Under the pieces are notes generated by a model. The model was not told the DNA's origin and did not search any database. It saw only the letters and a program-made list of their open reading frames with translations. Source: Chlorokybus atmophyticus (taxonomy: Eukaryota > Plantae > Mesostigma and Chlorokybus algae). From it: a stretch of 64,000 bases of DNA. Each line of letters opens with the position of its first letter. Within the stretch, counting starts at the first letter, position 1. Shown piece by piece: positions 39,001 to 51,010 of this stretch. The position numbers and the translations under genes were made by a program. The stretch spans positions 351,538 through 415,537 of the forward strand of contig RHPI01000772.1 in NCBI GenBank assembly GCA_009103225.1, in the 5' to 3' direction.

Positions 39001-41257
39001 GCAGAGAGGTGGTTTTCCACGAGGGATTCTCACAACCAGAAGCAGGCTTCTTTCCTGAAGATGAAGCACAGCCGGAGCATCCTGAAACAGTGGAGGCTAC
39101 AGGCAAGGCCATCATCAACGACAAGGGTGAGCAGGACTCAGCTGTAGCAGGCCAAGAGGAGCCGTACCAGCAGGAGCACGCAGCTCGGAGATACCCAGTG
39201 AGGGAGAGAAAGGCACCTGACTTCTTACACAAGGCACACGTCGCCAGTGTGCAGAATGAGGAGCCAAGCACCTACGAGGAGGCATTGTTAGCACCAGATG
39301 CGGAGCAATGGCAGCGTGCTATGGACGAGGAGATTGCGTCACTCCATGCCAACAACACTTGGTCACTGGAGCAGTTACCGCAAGGAGTAAAGACCATTCC
39401 AGTGAAATGGGTCTTTAAGGTGAAGCGTGATGGTCAGCGCAACATTAAGCGCTACAAGGCAAGACTGGTGGCAAAGGGCTTCTTGCAGCAGGAAGGTGTG
39501 GACTTCAACGAAGTGTTTGCACCTGCAAGTAAGCATACCACCTTCCGTGCACTGCTAGCTATGGTTGCTGCTGAAGACCTAGAGCTGCATCACCTGGATG
39601 TGAAGACTGCCTTCCTCAACGGAGAGCTGGAGAAGGAGATCTTCATCGAGCAACCACCTGGATATGAAGAAGGGGAGAGAGGTACAGCGTGCAAGCTGAT
39701 CAAGGCACTGTACGGGCTGCGACAGGCACCGCGTATATGGCACATCAAGCTCACCAAGGAGCTGGAGGCACTTGGCTTCACCGCATCCTCTGCAGACCCC
39801 GGGCTCTTCATCCATACAGACAACAAGGTCTGGCTGCTCGTGTATGTTGTTGATATCATCATTACCGCCAGGTAGGTGCACCACCTGCAGGAGATGAAAC
39901 TTGCTCTACAGCAAGCATTCTCAGTTCGTGATCTTGGAGAGGCCAAGTGGTTCCTTGGCATGGTGATTGAGCGCGACAGGGCTGCACGCACAATCAAGAT
40001 CAGTCAGGAGCAGATGGTGAGAAGACTCGTCACCAAGTTTGGGCTCACTGAAGCGAAGACCAAGACCACACCGTTGGCACTTGGCACTGCCCTCATCAAG
40101 GCAAAGGATGAGGAGGTACTCGACAAGGCTCAGTATCCATATGGTGAGCTGGTAGGCAGCATGCTCTATCTGGCAGTGTGCACACGTCCCGATGTTGCAC
40201 ATGCTGTGGGAGTACTTGCTCGCTATATGTCTGCACCGAGCATGGAGCACTGGAGAGCAGCAAAAGGAGTACTACGCTATGTTGCTGCGAGCGCAACAAT
40301 TGGCATCAAGTTTGGGAGCGGGAGCACTGAGTTGGAGGGCTACTGCGACTCGGACTTTGCTGGTGACCTCAACAGCAGGAGGTCCACTACAGGCTACGTC
40401 TTCAAGCTGAACGGAGGCGTGGTGAGCTGGAACAGCAGGCTGCAGCCAACAACAGCAGCATCTACATCAGAGGCTGAGTACATGGCAGCGGCAGCAGCAG
40501 TGAAGGAGGCACTCTGGCTTCGCAAGCTCATGGCAGACTTGGAGCACCCCATGGCGTGCATCGTCATCAACTGTGACAACCAAGGAGCCATCAAGTTGTT
40601 AAAGCACCCTATCGCCTCGGCAAGGACGAAGCACATTGATGTCATGCATCACTTTGTGCGTGACAGAGTCACAAGGAAAGAGGTGGAGTTCCGGTACTGC
40701 AACACTGAGGGCATGCTGGCGGACTTCATGACAAAGCCATTGTCACCGCTCAAGTTCAAGACTTGTTGCGCAGGACTTGGCATCTGTGTTTGACTACAGG
40801 AGCAAGCGTTGGAGGTCAAGCTGCTCGCGTGGGAGTGTTGAGAGTCATTCCTACATACGATCAGCATCGACCCTCCACACAGGAGTAGAAGGTCGTAAGG
40901 ATGAGCACTAGGTCCGGACTTAGCAAGATGGCGTCGGACCAGACTCCGGACTCCAGACTGGAGCCTTACTAATTGCTTCGTATCTCCGCGTATACTTACT
41001 CATATTAGGCGTGTAAGAGCTTGTTGAAAAGCTCTGGTTGCAAGGAAGATAACACAGCTTAGAGCGCGTCAAAAGGCTGAGTATAGCTTACGCAGTGCTT
41101 GCAAACGTAGACGTGTGTGTAACTGGCTGGTATAAGAACCAGCGGACAACTTGTAATAGATGAATGTGATGTGACTTGTGTATGCTCTGGTGGCGGTAGC
41201 TCTGTCTCTGTGCATCCATGCTTGCCTCAGCTACACGTGCATGCTAGTCCTTCAACA
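36026..41257 (+). mobile_element. Ty1/Copia LTR retrotransposon (hemivirus/Osser-type priming), young, near-intact
   Basis: LTRs 36026-36450 and 40836-41257 (TGTTG...CAACA, about 4 substitutions plus one 3-bp indel). PBS GGTTATGGGCCCAC, PPT GCGTGGGAG. Gag-PR-IN-RT-RH reading frame 36579-40793 (CHWCGWKGHIVKDC; WVVDSGC twice; LVHMDVCGP; YKARLVAKG; VYVVD; YCDSDFAG) broken by TAG at 36675 and 39873. Confidence 0.97.
37362..38015 (+). repeat. In-frame 327-bp tandem duplication of the Copia aspartic protease region
   Basis: Units 37362-37688 and 37689-38015 differ at about 5 nt; each encodes ...FWVVDSGCDRHL...ERLGAEILF. Confidence 0.95.
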
Positions 41258-41309
41258 AAGAGTGGATGCGACTAGTGTGTATGCTCTATCACTATCCCAC
41301 TCGTGACAC

Positions 41310-41950
41310 CTCACACACTAGTGCGATAATGCGCTGTGTGCAAGCAAATGACAGCCCATGATGACGCTGCAATCAGTCTGTCGGCAATAGTGCACGCAGC
41401 ACTAATGCAGAACACTCATACGCAAGGGGGTGATACTGTGAGTCAACAAGCCATTACTATTGCGTAGTGCTATGACACAGTTCCTTGCACTGAGATCAAT
41501 GGGAATTTCTATTGTTAAGTGAGGTGAATGAATGCAACAACTATAACGATGCTACACCCAGAATGCAACTAGCACACTGCCCACGTACGTGCAACCAAGT
41601 CCACACCCATGACAGCAGTATCGTGTAGAGAGGGGTACTCGCTTCACAGTGGTGGAGTCGTGGCAAGCGGGACAGCTTGTCGTGCACAGTTGGATTCCCT
41701 TCACAGCTTGCTGGTTGTGCGCAATAGGCAGAACACCAAGTCCACACCCAGCAAACTCACCCAAGTCAACCGCACACACACACCCCATGCACAACTTAAC
41801 TCAAGATTTCTCACTCACAATATCACCAAGTATACAAGTACACGGTCTGTCTACTTATACAACCGTATGAACACATGTGAGCCATTAGTTTAGCAAGCCT
41901 AAATGGCTAGTCATGGTTATGTGATAGCTGTTCACTATTGAACTGTCTAG
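41310..41950 (-). repeat. LTR-like/leader repeat homologous (inverted) to 55640-56210
   Basis: The reverse complement shares cattcacctcacttaaca, gaactgtgt..agcactac, tggcttgttga.tcacagt.tcacc, tgtataagtag and tgtgagtgagaaa with 55640-56210. Confidence 0.65.
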
Positions 41951-42773
41951 TCTAGTCGGGTAGAAAACGAGTCTGTCCACGGGCAACGAGATAGACTCAT
42001 AACGGATCAGCTAGGTGCGAGGGACCTTCTGGTCGGATGTTCCAAGGCCTGGACTGGACCGCGAGGTTGGGTGATTGTGACTTCCAACGTATGGCTAGGA
42101 AGTTGTGAGCGTAGGGTTGAAACTCCAACGTATCAGCTACGCGGGGTACCTACAAGGACTGCCTTGGAACCGTCAAGTTGCCAGGACGGACTGATGCCAG
42201 TTGCGCGGGAGAGTCGGACTGGTTGAAGAGGACTGCTATGCCGGTAGCCCGGGAGGTGGGCTAGATGTAGGCATACCCGAGGAGAAAAAACCCTCCTGGA
42301 CGGTTAGCATGACACATGGTAGTAAAACTGATGCAATGTACCCTTGGATGCAGGGACCCCATAAGCGTATTATGCTCTTAATAGCTTCTAATCTTCTCTT
42401 GAGTTTTGGCCATAGACTACCATATAGCTATTTTAAACCCCCCCCCCCCCCCCNCTTCTCTTTGAGGTGCGCATCGACTGGTGCGCCCGCCAGACATTGG
42501 CTGCGCATCACCATTGCGCAGACTAGTAGGCTTCTTCGCCATCTACGGGCAGTAGCTGTGGGGTGGTGTTTGAATGGGCTCCCGTGCAAGCCACGACAAC
42601 GGCGACGGAGGCTACTGCATCCTGGCATTAGTGACATCGACATGGTTGCGTGCGTGCATATGCAAATAAATTCGCTTATTATGCGACCATATTTACGGTA
42701 CATATTGGAGTAGTTTTATACGTTGCAACCCAAATTACCTTTGATGTCTGTGCATAGAGCGTTCAGAAATCAG

Positions 42774-42868
<95 letters not shown>
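42774..42868. repeat. Poly-C tract beside an N (also 21216-21233, 42438-42453, and poly-G 53679-53696)
   Basis: Homopolymer runs ending at single Ns; likely assembly joins. Confidence 0.9.
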
Positions 42869-43379
42869 NCTGCTTCAAGTGTTGCTGTAAGGGTTGCACA
42901 CATGCTGTGCATCGCAACCATGTGTGTTGAAAAGTGTCTCAGCTCTGCTAGCAATGCTGCTGACGGGGCCAGCACAGCATAGCCGTTGCTCGCTGCCTTG
43001 CTCTTTATTGAAAATGGATGATGTCAGGAGACATGCTTGCCCACACCACCACACCCTCACTATTGGCTCCAATATCCGGGCTACAAACCGTCAGCCCCTA
43101 ATTCACACCACTTATGATCACCTACATACAAGCTCGTATTCTGCTTGTTATTGCACTTGCAACTGACAAATAATTAATGAACCCGGCTATCGTGAGTGGA
43201 TTCAGTAATTAACCTGTATTATTAAGCATTGTTGCCCCACTTGGCATGATTGTCGCTTTGTATTGCCCCTTGCTATATGTGTCGCGTGTTGCAATTTGCC
43301 TTGCTTGTCCTGCCTTGCACATAGCTGCATACGCACGTGCACACAACATTTGCAACCAGCACCACCAATGCATTGATAT

Positions 43380-44221
43380 TGTCACATCCCACTCGACACA
43401 AAAGACTAGGTGCTTTTATGGTCGATTTATGGTAATTTAATGTACCTTCCCGTAATGGTAGTCGCGCCGAACTGACCAGTTCAGTCGGCATGGCAGGGCG
43501 CAACCTACCTATTGCGGCGACGCGACCTGTGGGGCCGGTAGCGGTGCGCTATGCGCGCGTTGACCGGTATGGGCCTAAATTGGCCGGTCCTTGGGCGGTG
43601 GGGCCGGTGCTCGACTTTAATCAGACCCTAGGATGATTCCCCAGCTGATGCGAGCCAGCTGCCAAGGACGTCAGCGTTCTTAAGTGGGGGGGAATGTAAC
43701 GGGAAGGTACATTAAATTACCACTCGACCACAAAAGACTTGGTGCTTATATGGTCGATTTGTGGTAATTTAACGTACCTTCCCGTTACATTCCCCCCCAC
43801 TTAAGAACACTGACGTCCTTGGCTCGCATCAGCTGGGGAATCATTCTAGGGTCTGATTAAAGTCGAGCACCGGCCCCACCGCCCAAGGACCGGCTAATTT
43901 AGGCCCATACCGGTCAACGCACCGCTGCCGGCCCACAGGTCGCGTCGCCGCGATAGGCAGGTCGCCCCCGGCCGCGCCGACTGAACTGGTCAGTTCGGCG
44001 CGACTGCTATTAGGCAAGTCGCGACCCATTGATGATGGCACTTATACAGTGACCATTCACGATGTTATTGTATCGAGAAACAACGACCGCGGAATTCGTG
44101 TGCAAGGCAGGAATTGAACCCGGGTCGGAGCTCCGATACCAATGTCACAGCCCACTCGACCACAAAAGACTTGGTGCTTTGATGGTCGATTTGTGGTAAA
44201 TTACTGTACCTTCCCGTTAGA
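43380..44221 (-). mobile_element. Composite TRIM (miniature non-autonomous LTR retrotransposon) with three ~79-bp LTRs and an inverted internal segment
   Basis: LTR copies at 43380-43455, about 43720-43789 and 44143-44221. PBS TGGTATCGGAGC, PPT CTTAAGTGGGGGGGAA. Flanks GATAT/GACAT (TSD with one transition). No ORF. Confidence 0.88.
44110..44162 (-). promoter_or_regulatory. Putative tRNA-type (type 2) RNA Pol III internal promoter in the TRIM
   Basis: A-box-like TGGTCGAGTGG (44162-44152, inside the LTR) and B-box GGTTCAATTCC (44120-44110), separated by 31 nt. Confidence 0.55.
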
Positions 44222-45778
44222 GACATTGCCTAAGTGTACCAATAGCTGCATTGATCGACTTCACCACTCCACTTACAACAATATATGTGAATGCTTGCTA
44301 ATGTAAAAATGCGCTGCATCCACCTGTATGGGCCCCTCTTTTATCAAATCATGAGACGTTAAGATGCAAGCAAAAGTGGTTGCGAGCAACTGAAAACAAA
44401 TTCAGTTAAGATTCGAGATATGGTGTACAATCATATGATAACTATAAGGCTTCTTACTGCACGAACACTTACAGCGCAAAATCGGCAAATGCAAGTACTT
44501 GGCTACATAAACGCCTATCAAACTCGTTTAAACAGTGTAACAGTATGCATCGCATAATGACATCACCTGATTTCATTTTACAGGATCCCGAGCCATACAA
44601 AGGAGTGTCATCCAAAATTTTATTGTGTCTATGCTTGCATATAAAACATCAGTGCATGAAATATGTATCATGGTATTACCTTTTCTGCACTTGCATTGAT
44701 CAGCGGCGTGAGGGGAGTGTGCAAGCGCTTTGATTATGAATTTTGAGCTTCGATTTGCACTTATATTCAAATTTTCAACATCACATACTATTACATATTT
44801 AATTGAATACACCACAACTGATTACAACTTAAAAAAAATCCTGCAAGATATTTGGTGCTATTTGGTGCAACAATAGTCTGTTCCGCAACAGTATCTACGT
44901 AACGGAGAGGTTGAACAATGCAGTTGCAATCACATATGACATTATGTAGTTTATTAACATCGTGAAGCAATTTTTGGTGTTGAATTGCTTCATAGTGTTT
45001 TTCATGCACTTGTATGGCATGTTAGCGTTGTACTCCATCAACTTGTCATTATACATGTAGAATTAATCAATGTCATGTGTTGTTCATAATGAATAAACAG
45101 CAACACATGATATGAAAAAATCTGATATGCATATAAGTCTAAAGATTACAATCATTGAAGTGATCCTCTATATGTTGTGCGTCCGCCAAAAATACAGGAA
45201 TAACCTACAATCATGTTTAAAATCACTTCAATCATGGCGTTAAGTTGTTGATTTGTTATGATATTGATATTTGTTACGCCATTGATATTGACAATGAAAC
45301 GCGATAAGTTGCTTTGAATGTATTAATGTAGCTTTTGGGCTAATGTGGCTGGGAGGTAGAACAAATCCTGAAACAAATCATGATACTCTTGACCTTTAAG
45401 TTGTTGAGATTATGAATGGCTTTGGTCATGTCCAATACTTCGATACCACGGGTATTCACGGGAGTCAATGTTCACAAAAGTGAATAATGCTGGTCATTGT
45501 TGTTCAACAGGTTACTTACATGCGTGAGCCAGCAGTTGCTTACACGGAGGGACGCCAACGGCACTCAGCGGATCGCTGTTTATCGCCCAACACAGATCCT
45601 GGAAATCCGCATCACCGCCTCGCTGCAAGATTTCGGGGCCACTGCCCCACTGGCCCATGTTCATGCACCCCGCAATTGAGATGAGCCACGGTTGAGTTGC
45701 AGTAAATCAGCGCAGCTGCGGCGGAGGCGGCGGCAAAGGAGGAGGAGCAGCAGAGGCAGGAGGACGCAAGAGGCAACC

Positions 45779-46934
45779 ATGTTGGTGTCGGAGAGGCAGA
45801 GGATGCAGGGCGGTGGGGTGGCCGTAGAGGCGTCGCCCAGCACTCGCGGGACAAGCGTCCGCCGCACAGGCTGGGGGCCCGACCTCAGCGGCATCCGCCT
45901 AGGCAACAACCCCACCGTCATCACCACCGCTGCCGGTAAGCGTGACCACGAGCACAATCATGACGACAACATGCATGCCCAGAAGACTGTCTGCTTGAGC
46001 AATGCGATGTCACTGACTGTCGCACACTTGTCGTCATGACCAGGCTGGAACCTGGAAAGCACCTACGGGGATGAGTGGAAAGCGTCAGGCTTTCAGCTCA
46101 ACATTGGGTAAGTTAGAACAGGCGGCGTGCAGCATCGTAGTTGCGAGTGCAAGTGCGTTGGTGCGTGTAACCTTTGCGCATGTGTGTGTGATGCTGTGAC
46201 AGTGACAGCTGTTTGTATGCCTTTGTTTCATTCATGTCACTGACGTATGTCATGTGCATGTAAACTTGTTCAGGTATGAGGCTACACCTCGTTATTTCAA
46301 CGTGGGTGGCTCCCGCCTTCCTGTCAGTGTTGGTGCACGCATTAATTTGCTCGAGCCCGATATTGGTGCCCTAAAGGCATGGACGCCCGAGCTGTATGCA
46401 CAGGTGCGATGCTCTTCTTAACCAACCTGCAATGCATGGGTGCACTGCAGGATGGTATGCAACCTCTCAATCTGGCACTTCGTGCCCTGGCTTGGCGTAA
46501 TATGCAACCGCTTGTGCATATTCTGAATCACTGAATCAATAAATCCTCTACATGCTTTGCCCTATTTGACTTGGATACTGACATACGCGTGTACCTGTGT
46601 TTATGATAATCTATCAGACGGAGTACAAGCCCAACTGGAGGCACGCACAGGTATTACGTGAAGCAATAACTGCTATGCATGTAGAGTACTATTATGCACA
46701 AGCTGACAGTATATTTTGTATGCGCAGCCATTTGTGGGTGTCGGGGCGCGTGTTCGCATGCCATCCGATAAGGATTTCGCGGTGCAGCCACAACAGTACC
46801 TCACTGCGGGGGTGCAGTCTGAATATGCAAGGGGCTGGAAGGCCACGCTGCGCTATGCTGATGAGCTAGGCCGCTTTGACAACCTGCTCAAAACCAGCCC
46901 CACTGTTGAGATTGGCTGGGGGTACGATGTTTAA
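45779..46934 (+). CDS. Uncharacterised 185-aa protein, predicted outer-membrane beta-barrel (about 8 strands)
   Basis: Exons 45779-45935, 46044-46107, 46274-46403 and 46728-46934 have canonical GT-AG sites and join in frame without stops. The protein has alternating amphipathic strands (GFQLNIGYE, PVSVGARINL, LYAQPFVGVGARV, YLTAGVQSEY, WKATLRY) and ends VEIGWGYDV*. Confidence 0.75.
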
Positions 46935-48921
46935 GGTTACAAACAGTGCAGCAAACAGGACGTGTGGGTAAGTTAGGTCAGTGTCATCTGGCTTCTGTCC
47001 CAACTGTATAGGTAACATAACTGCTTGTATATTTTGTATCGCACTACTTGCACATGTAAGTGGGTTACGGCTGGTTTGAATGTGCACGCTGCACATGGTG
47101 TAATGCACGATGTACACTTGACCACGAGTTGAATGTTGGCAGATATGTTTCTGGTATGGCTGTTGTGCACGTTGTTTGTACAACGCTGTCAGTGCACATT
47201 ACGCACGTGAATGCGCAATGATATGCACGCATTCAACTACGAGGCAGTGAGTGTAGCAGAGCGTGCAGCAAGCTGAAGCCAGTGTTGAAATGTTCTGTCG
47301 ATTCTGTAGGCAAGCTAGCCAATCTAAACATGTAAAACACTTCTTGCATGTAGACACCATAATAGAGACATCCACCCACCCGCAATGACAATGCATCAAC
47401 ATGACAACCCCGCAACAGCCCATCGCAATGGTAGAAACTCTACCTTGCCACAGACGAATGGTAACAAGCGATTATGATACACTACGCATGTTTCTCTCCC
47501 AACTCTTGTAAACTTCTTGCCAATTGTGCATGTACTGTTTCAATCTTTCGAATGCACCATGCAGTTCTGCATCAATAACCATTCCCAGTGTGACAAGTGG
47601 TGAAGAAACTTTAGAAAACCCTGAGTGCTTCATGCACAATAAGCGGAAATAAAAGGTTTTCCAAAAGTAGTCCGCATAGTGCAAATCTTAGCCATATGTG
47701 CTACCGAAGGAAACTGATTTGATTAAATAATAAGATGTGCCACACATGCAATAAGCCACATTTGGATACATTACATGTAGAGTATATACAATTGCACATA
47801 TTACTTTCACAAGAGTTGCTAAAAGCAAACTCCCAAAGCGGAAAGGGGCCATGCAAGTTGCACGCTCACAACTATGCACAGCCAATAATAACTGCAATAT
47901 TAGATGGGGGCCAAGTAGAGCTTTTACTCAACTATAACGACGGACATTGTGAACATTGCTTGTTAGTCGGCTTGCACCTAATCTGTGGCCCTTTCATTCT
48001 ACCATTTACATCAGCATGAAAAGATAATACATCATTAGAACACTACTAGCGATGTATATACAAGCATTTGTGGGATGGTATGATGTAACAGCAAGTGACA
48101 TTGCATTGCAGCAAAGTAACAGTGCATCATATGTTGATGCTGGCTGCTACGTGTCTACGATAAGTTCATAACCACGCGGATACATTGTGGTGATAATTGG
48201 GGTAGCGTAGCGTAATGAAGTTATGGATGGTAGAACTTGGTGGTCAAGCATTATACGCTTGGCATAGGGTGTTTATCATGAATTCCTATACCCTAAGCAT
48301 ATTGTGGAGTTAAGTGATGTTATGCATGGTGACGCTTTAACATACATGTTGCAACATGCGTGGCGCACATACTGTGCATGCTGCATTAACCTTTTGGAGT
48401 TGTATGGGTATAGATCGTGGCATGTCATGCACAAACATGCGCGGCGCATGTTTGTAACAAGCAGAGATGCATAGCAAGCAGAGCAGGCACAACAAGCGGA
48501 GGAGATTAATATATATAACACCCAGGGCCACCTTCTTACTAGCATAAGTGATGCTTTGTGATGTGCAATGCAATGTTGTAGGGCAGGCAGTTGGCAGCAG
48601 CAGGTAGCAATGGCTCAATCAACCAACCTGATGATACAAGGCAAGGAGTTTGGGATTGAGCGTGGATAGGACAAGTAAAATTGGAGTGGTGTTGTGCTGT
48701 GCTATGACCTAATCCACTGCCCCCCGCCCCCGCCACGGCGTCAACATCTACAGCGCCGCCAGCAGCGACAGAACTGCAATGGTCTTACCGCATATGACTT
48801 TAATCTTTGGGCCGGCAGTGTAACCAATACGTGTACATTAGTACAATACACTACTGATACCAGTGGCTCGCTAGCTTTGCTTGTTCGTAACCAGTGTTGT
48901 AACTTTTCATCATTCGTGTCC

Positions 48922-49753
48922 ATCATCGTCGCAAAATGTTACCCCTGACGGCCGACTAAAAATATAGGACGATCGTGGGTCTGACAATACTCAGTCAGAT
49001 TGTCGTTGCTCAGTCTGTCGGCAATCTTGATACAGGGGCCTGAGCACAACGGCCGTTACCATCAGTCGACGACCGTCTGCATAAAGGGACTAACTCTAAC
49101 TAACAGGTATGTGTAAGGACAGTAGGTGTTGTAAGGATCAAGCGATAGGGACTTAACCTAACTGACAAGTAATTAACCGGTAACTAATAGTTATGCACCG
49201 GCCACCGTACATTAACTGATTGGAACTGACAGGTATCTCATGGTACCCGCCGTTACTGAAGGGTACCTTCAAAGGTACTTGTTGGGTACCGTTCAGTCAT
49301 GATTAGATACCTTACATGAGTGTCGTCATTGATGATGAAATAATTTGTTACATGTGTTGCAAGTCATACTAGGAGTATTCCACAACATGAACTATTATGA
49401 GCGGCTACTACTACCACTACTACCACCCTAATTCAAGGCCTTATACTAAGCCGCCGCTCCTGCGCTCCACCTCCGCCGCCGCTCCTGCAAGCACAAGTCA
49501 ATCACACCAGCGCCATTAACAGCAACATACACACCAATGCTCACATTGTGACAACTTACATACACATGATGTTGCTTGCCATATACTGCCGCCGCCGCCT
49601 GGCCTGGCCTAGCCTAGCCTAGCCTAGCCTAGCCTAGCCTGGCCTGGCCTGGCCTAGCCGCTCTGAGATAAGAAGGGTGGTTAGGCTGCATGCGCTGTTG
49701 CGCATAATATAACGTTACAGCACCAAGCAAACTTGCTTACTGTTAGCCATTGC

Positions 49754-49784
<31 letters not shown>

Positions 49785-50489
49785 ATCACCGCGGTCGCCG
49801 CCACTGCACAACTCAACTGTATAACTTGTTTGAAGCCGTTGAGCGTTTAAACCTTGGGCAATTAAAGTGATTTAAACGCGTTGTTACAATGGCACCATCT
49901 AACCATGAAAATGCTACGATGGTGCTATTGTAATAATGGGATTTTCGTCACCATTTGTATAGTACGATAGTTGCATGTGCCATCGTTCCGCATTGCTTGC
50001 CGGCAATAAAGGACGAGCGGTCACAATAATTGTCATAGTCGGTAAGTCGCCGCCGCACCAACGGATGACTGGTGGTCTGCTCTCATTTGTCGACAAGCGG
50101 GCAGGTCACGGAATAGGGATTGACAGTGATTGGCTTGCCATGGTAGGCAAGCCGCCGCGCATACGGTAAGATGGTTATGGTACGACAGGCAACCGACCGT
50201 TGCACAAAATGACCAAAAGGTGACTGTCTGCTATGCTAAATAGGTCGCTATCGAACAAAACAGACGACCGGCTGTTACTTGAAGATGCGGTGACGTCATG
50301 TTCAAATCATCGCAGGCAGGCTTTTGCGTGTAGCTATTGGCCGACCGCTGGCCGTTATTAAATGTTGCTGAGTAGCACCGGCCGTCCTGTAAGTCCCTTC
50401 ATGGACCAGTCCGTTAAGTCAGGCAGAGTTAAGTTCCCGTCAGTCCCTCAGTCCCTGGATAGTCATCGTGTAAAATTTGCAACGATGTA
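48922..50489. mobile_element. Non-autonomous TIR DNA transposon (CACTA/CMC-like), copy 2, inverted relative to 7410-8919
   Basis: Termini ATCATCGTCGCAAAATGTT and AAATTTGCAACGATGTA. Shares the subterminal motifs, GGTACC block and (GCCTA/GCCTG)n core with copy 1. Confidence 0.75.
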
Positions 50490-50639
50490 CACCGGAGATG
50501 TCCCTTTCCACTGTGTATCCTCAATAAGGGGGTACACATTTGCCTTCACCTTTGTGTTCAGAAATAAGCACAAAACTTCCACACCGTTTCTCAGCCAGAC
50601 TTTAATATCAGAACAGCTCTATCATAGTAGCACTCGACC

Positions 50640-51010
50640 CCGCGCAGCCCAACAAGGCACCGCAAATGTGGCACATCAAGCTCACTAAGGAGCTAGAAGC
50701 ACTCGGCTTATTCGCATCCTCTGCAAATCCTGGGCTCTTCATCCATGCAAACAAGATCAATCTGCTCTTGTATGTGGATGGCATCACCATCGCAAACCGG
50801 CATGTGCACCTTATGTAGGACACACAACTTGCAAGGCTTGGTCCGAGCAAGCTTTGAAAATGGTTGTTGTAGATTCTACAACCATTTTCAGTCCATGATC
50901 CTGGAGCGGCCAAGTGATTCCTTGGCATGGTGATTGATTGCAATAGGGCGGCTCACACGACTAAGAGCGGTCAGGAGCAGACGGTTGGAAACCTTATCAT
51001 CAAGTTTTGG
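50640..51010 (+). pseudogene. Ty1/Copia RT fragment
   Basis: PQMWHIKLTKELEALGLFASSANPGLFIHANK...LLLYVDGI is homologous to 39720-40030. Confidence 0.85.

Noticed and set aside
36675-39875. In-frame TAG codons in the Copia ORF as evidence of a TAG=Gln genetic code or programmed readthrough
   Set aside because: Host genes here end with TAG (FKBP, ZDP) and TAA (VHA-c), so the standard code applies; C>T decay explains the stops.
44095-44175. Functional tRNA gene at the TRIM A/B boxes
   Set aside because: No acceptor-stem pairing or cloverleaf could be built; reported only as a promoter-like element.
45497-45684. Possible orphan coding exon upstream of the beta-barrel gene
   Set aside because: No partner exons or recognisable motif; better explained as the CpG-rich promoter, which has GGCCCA-type sites.
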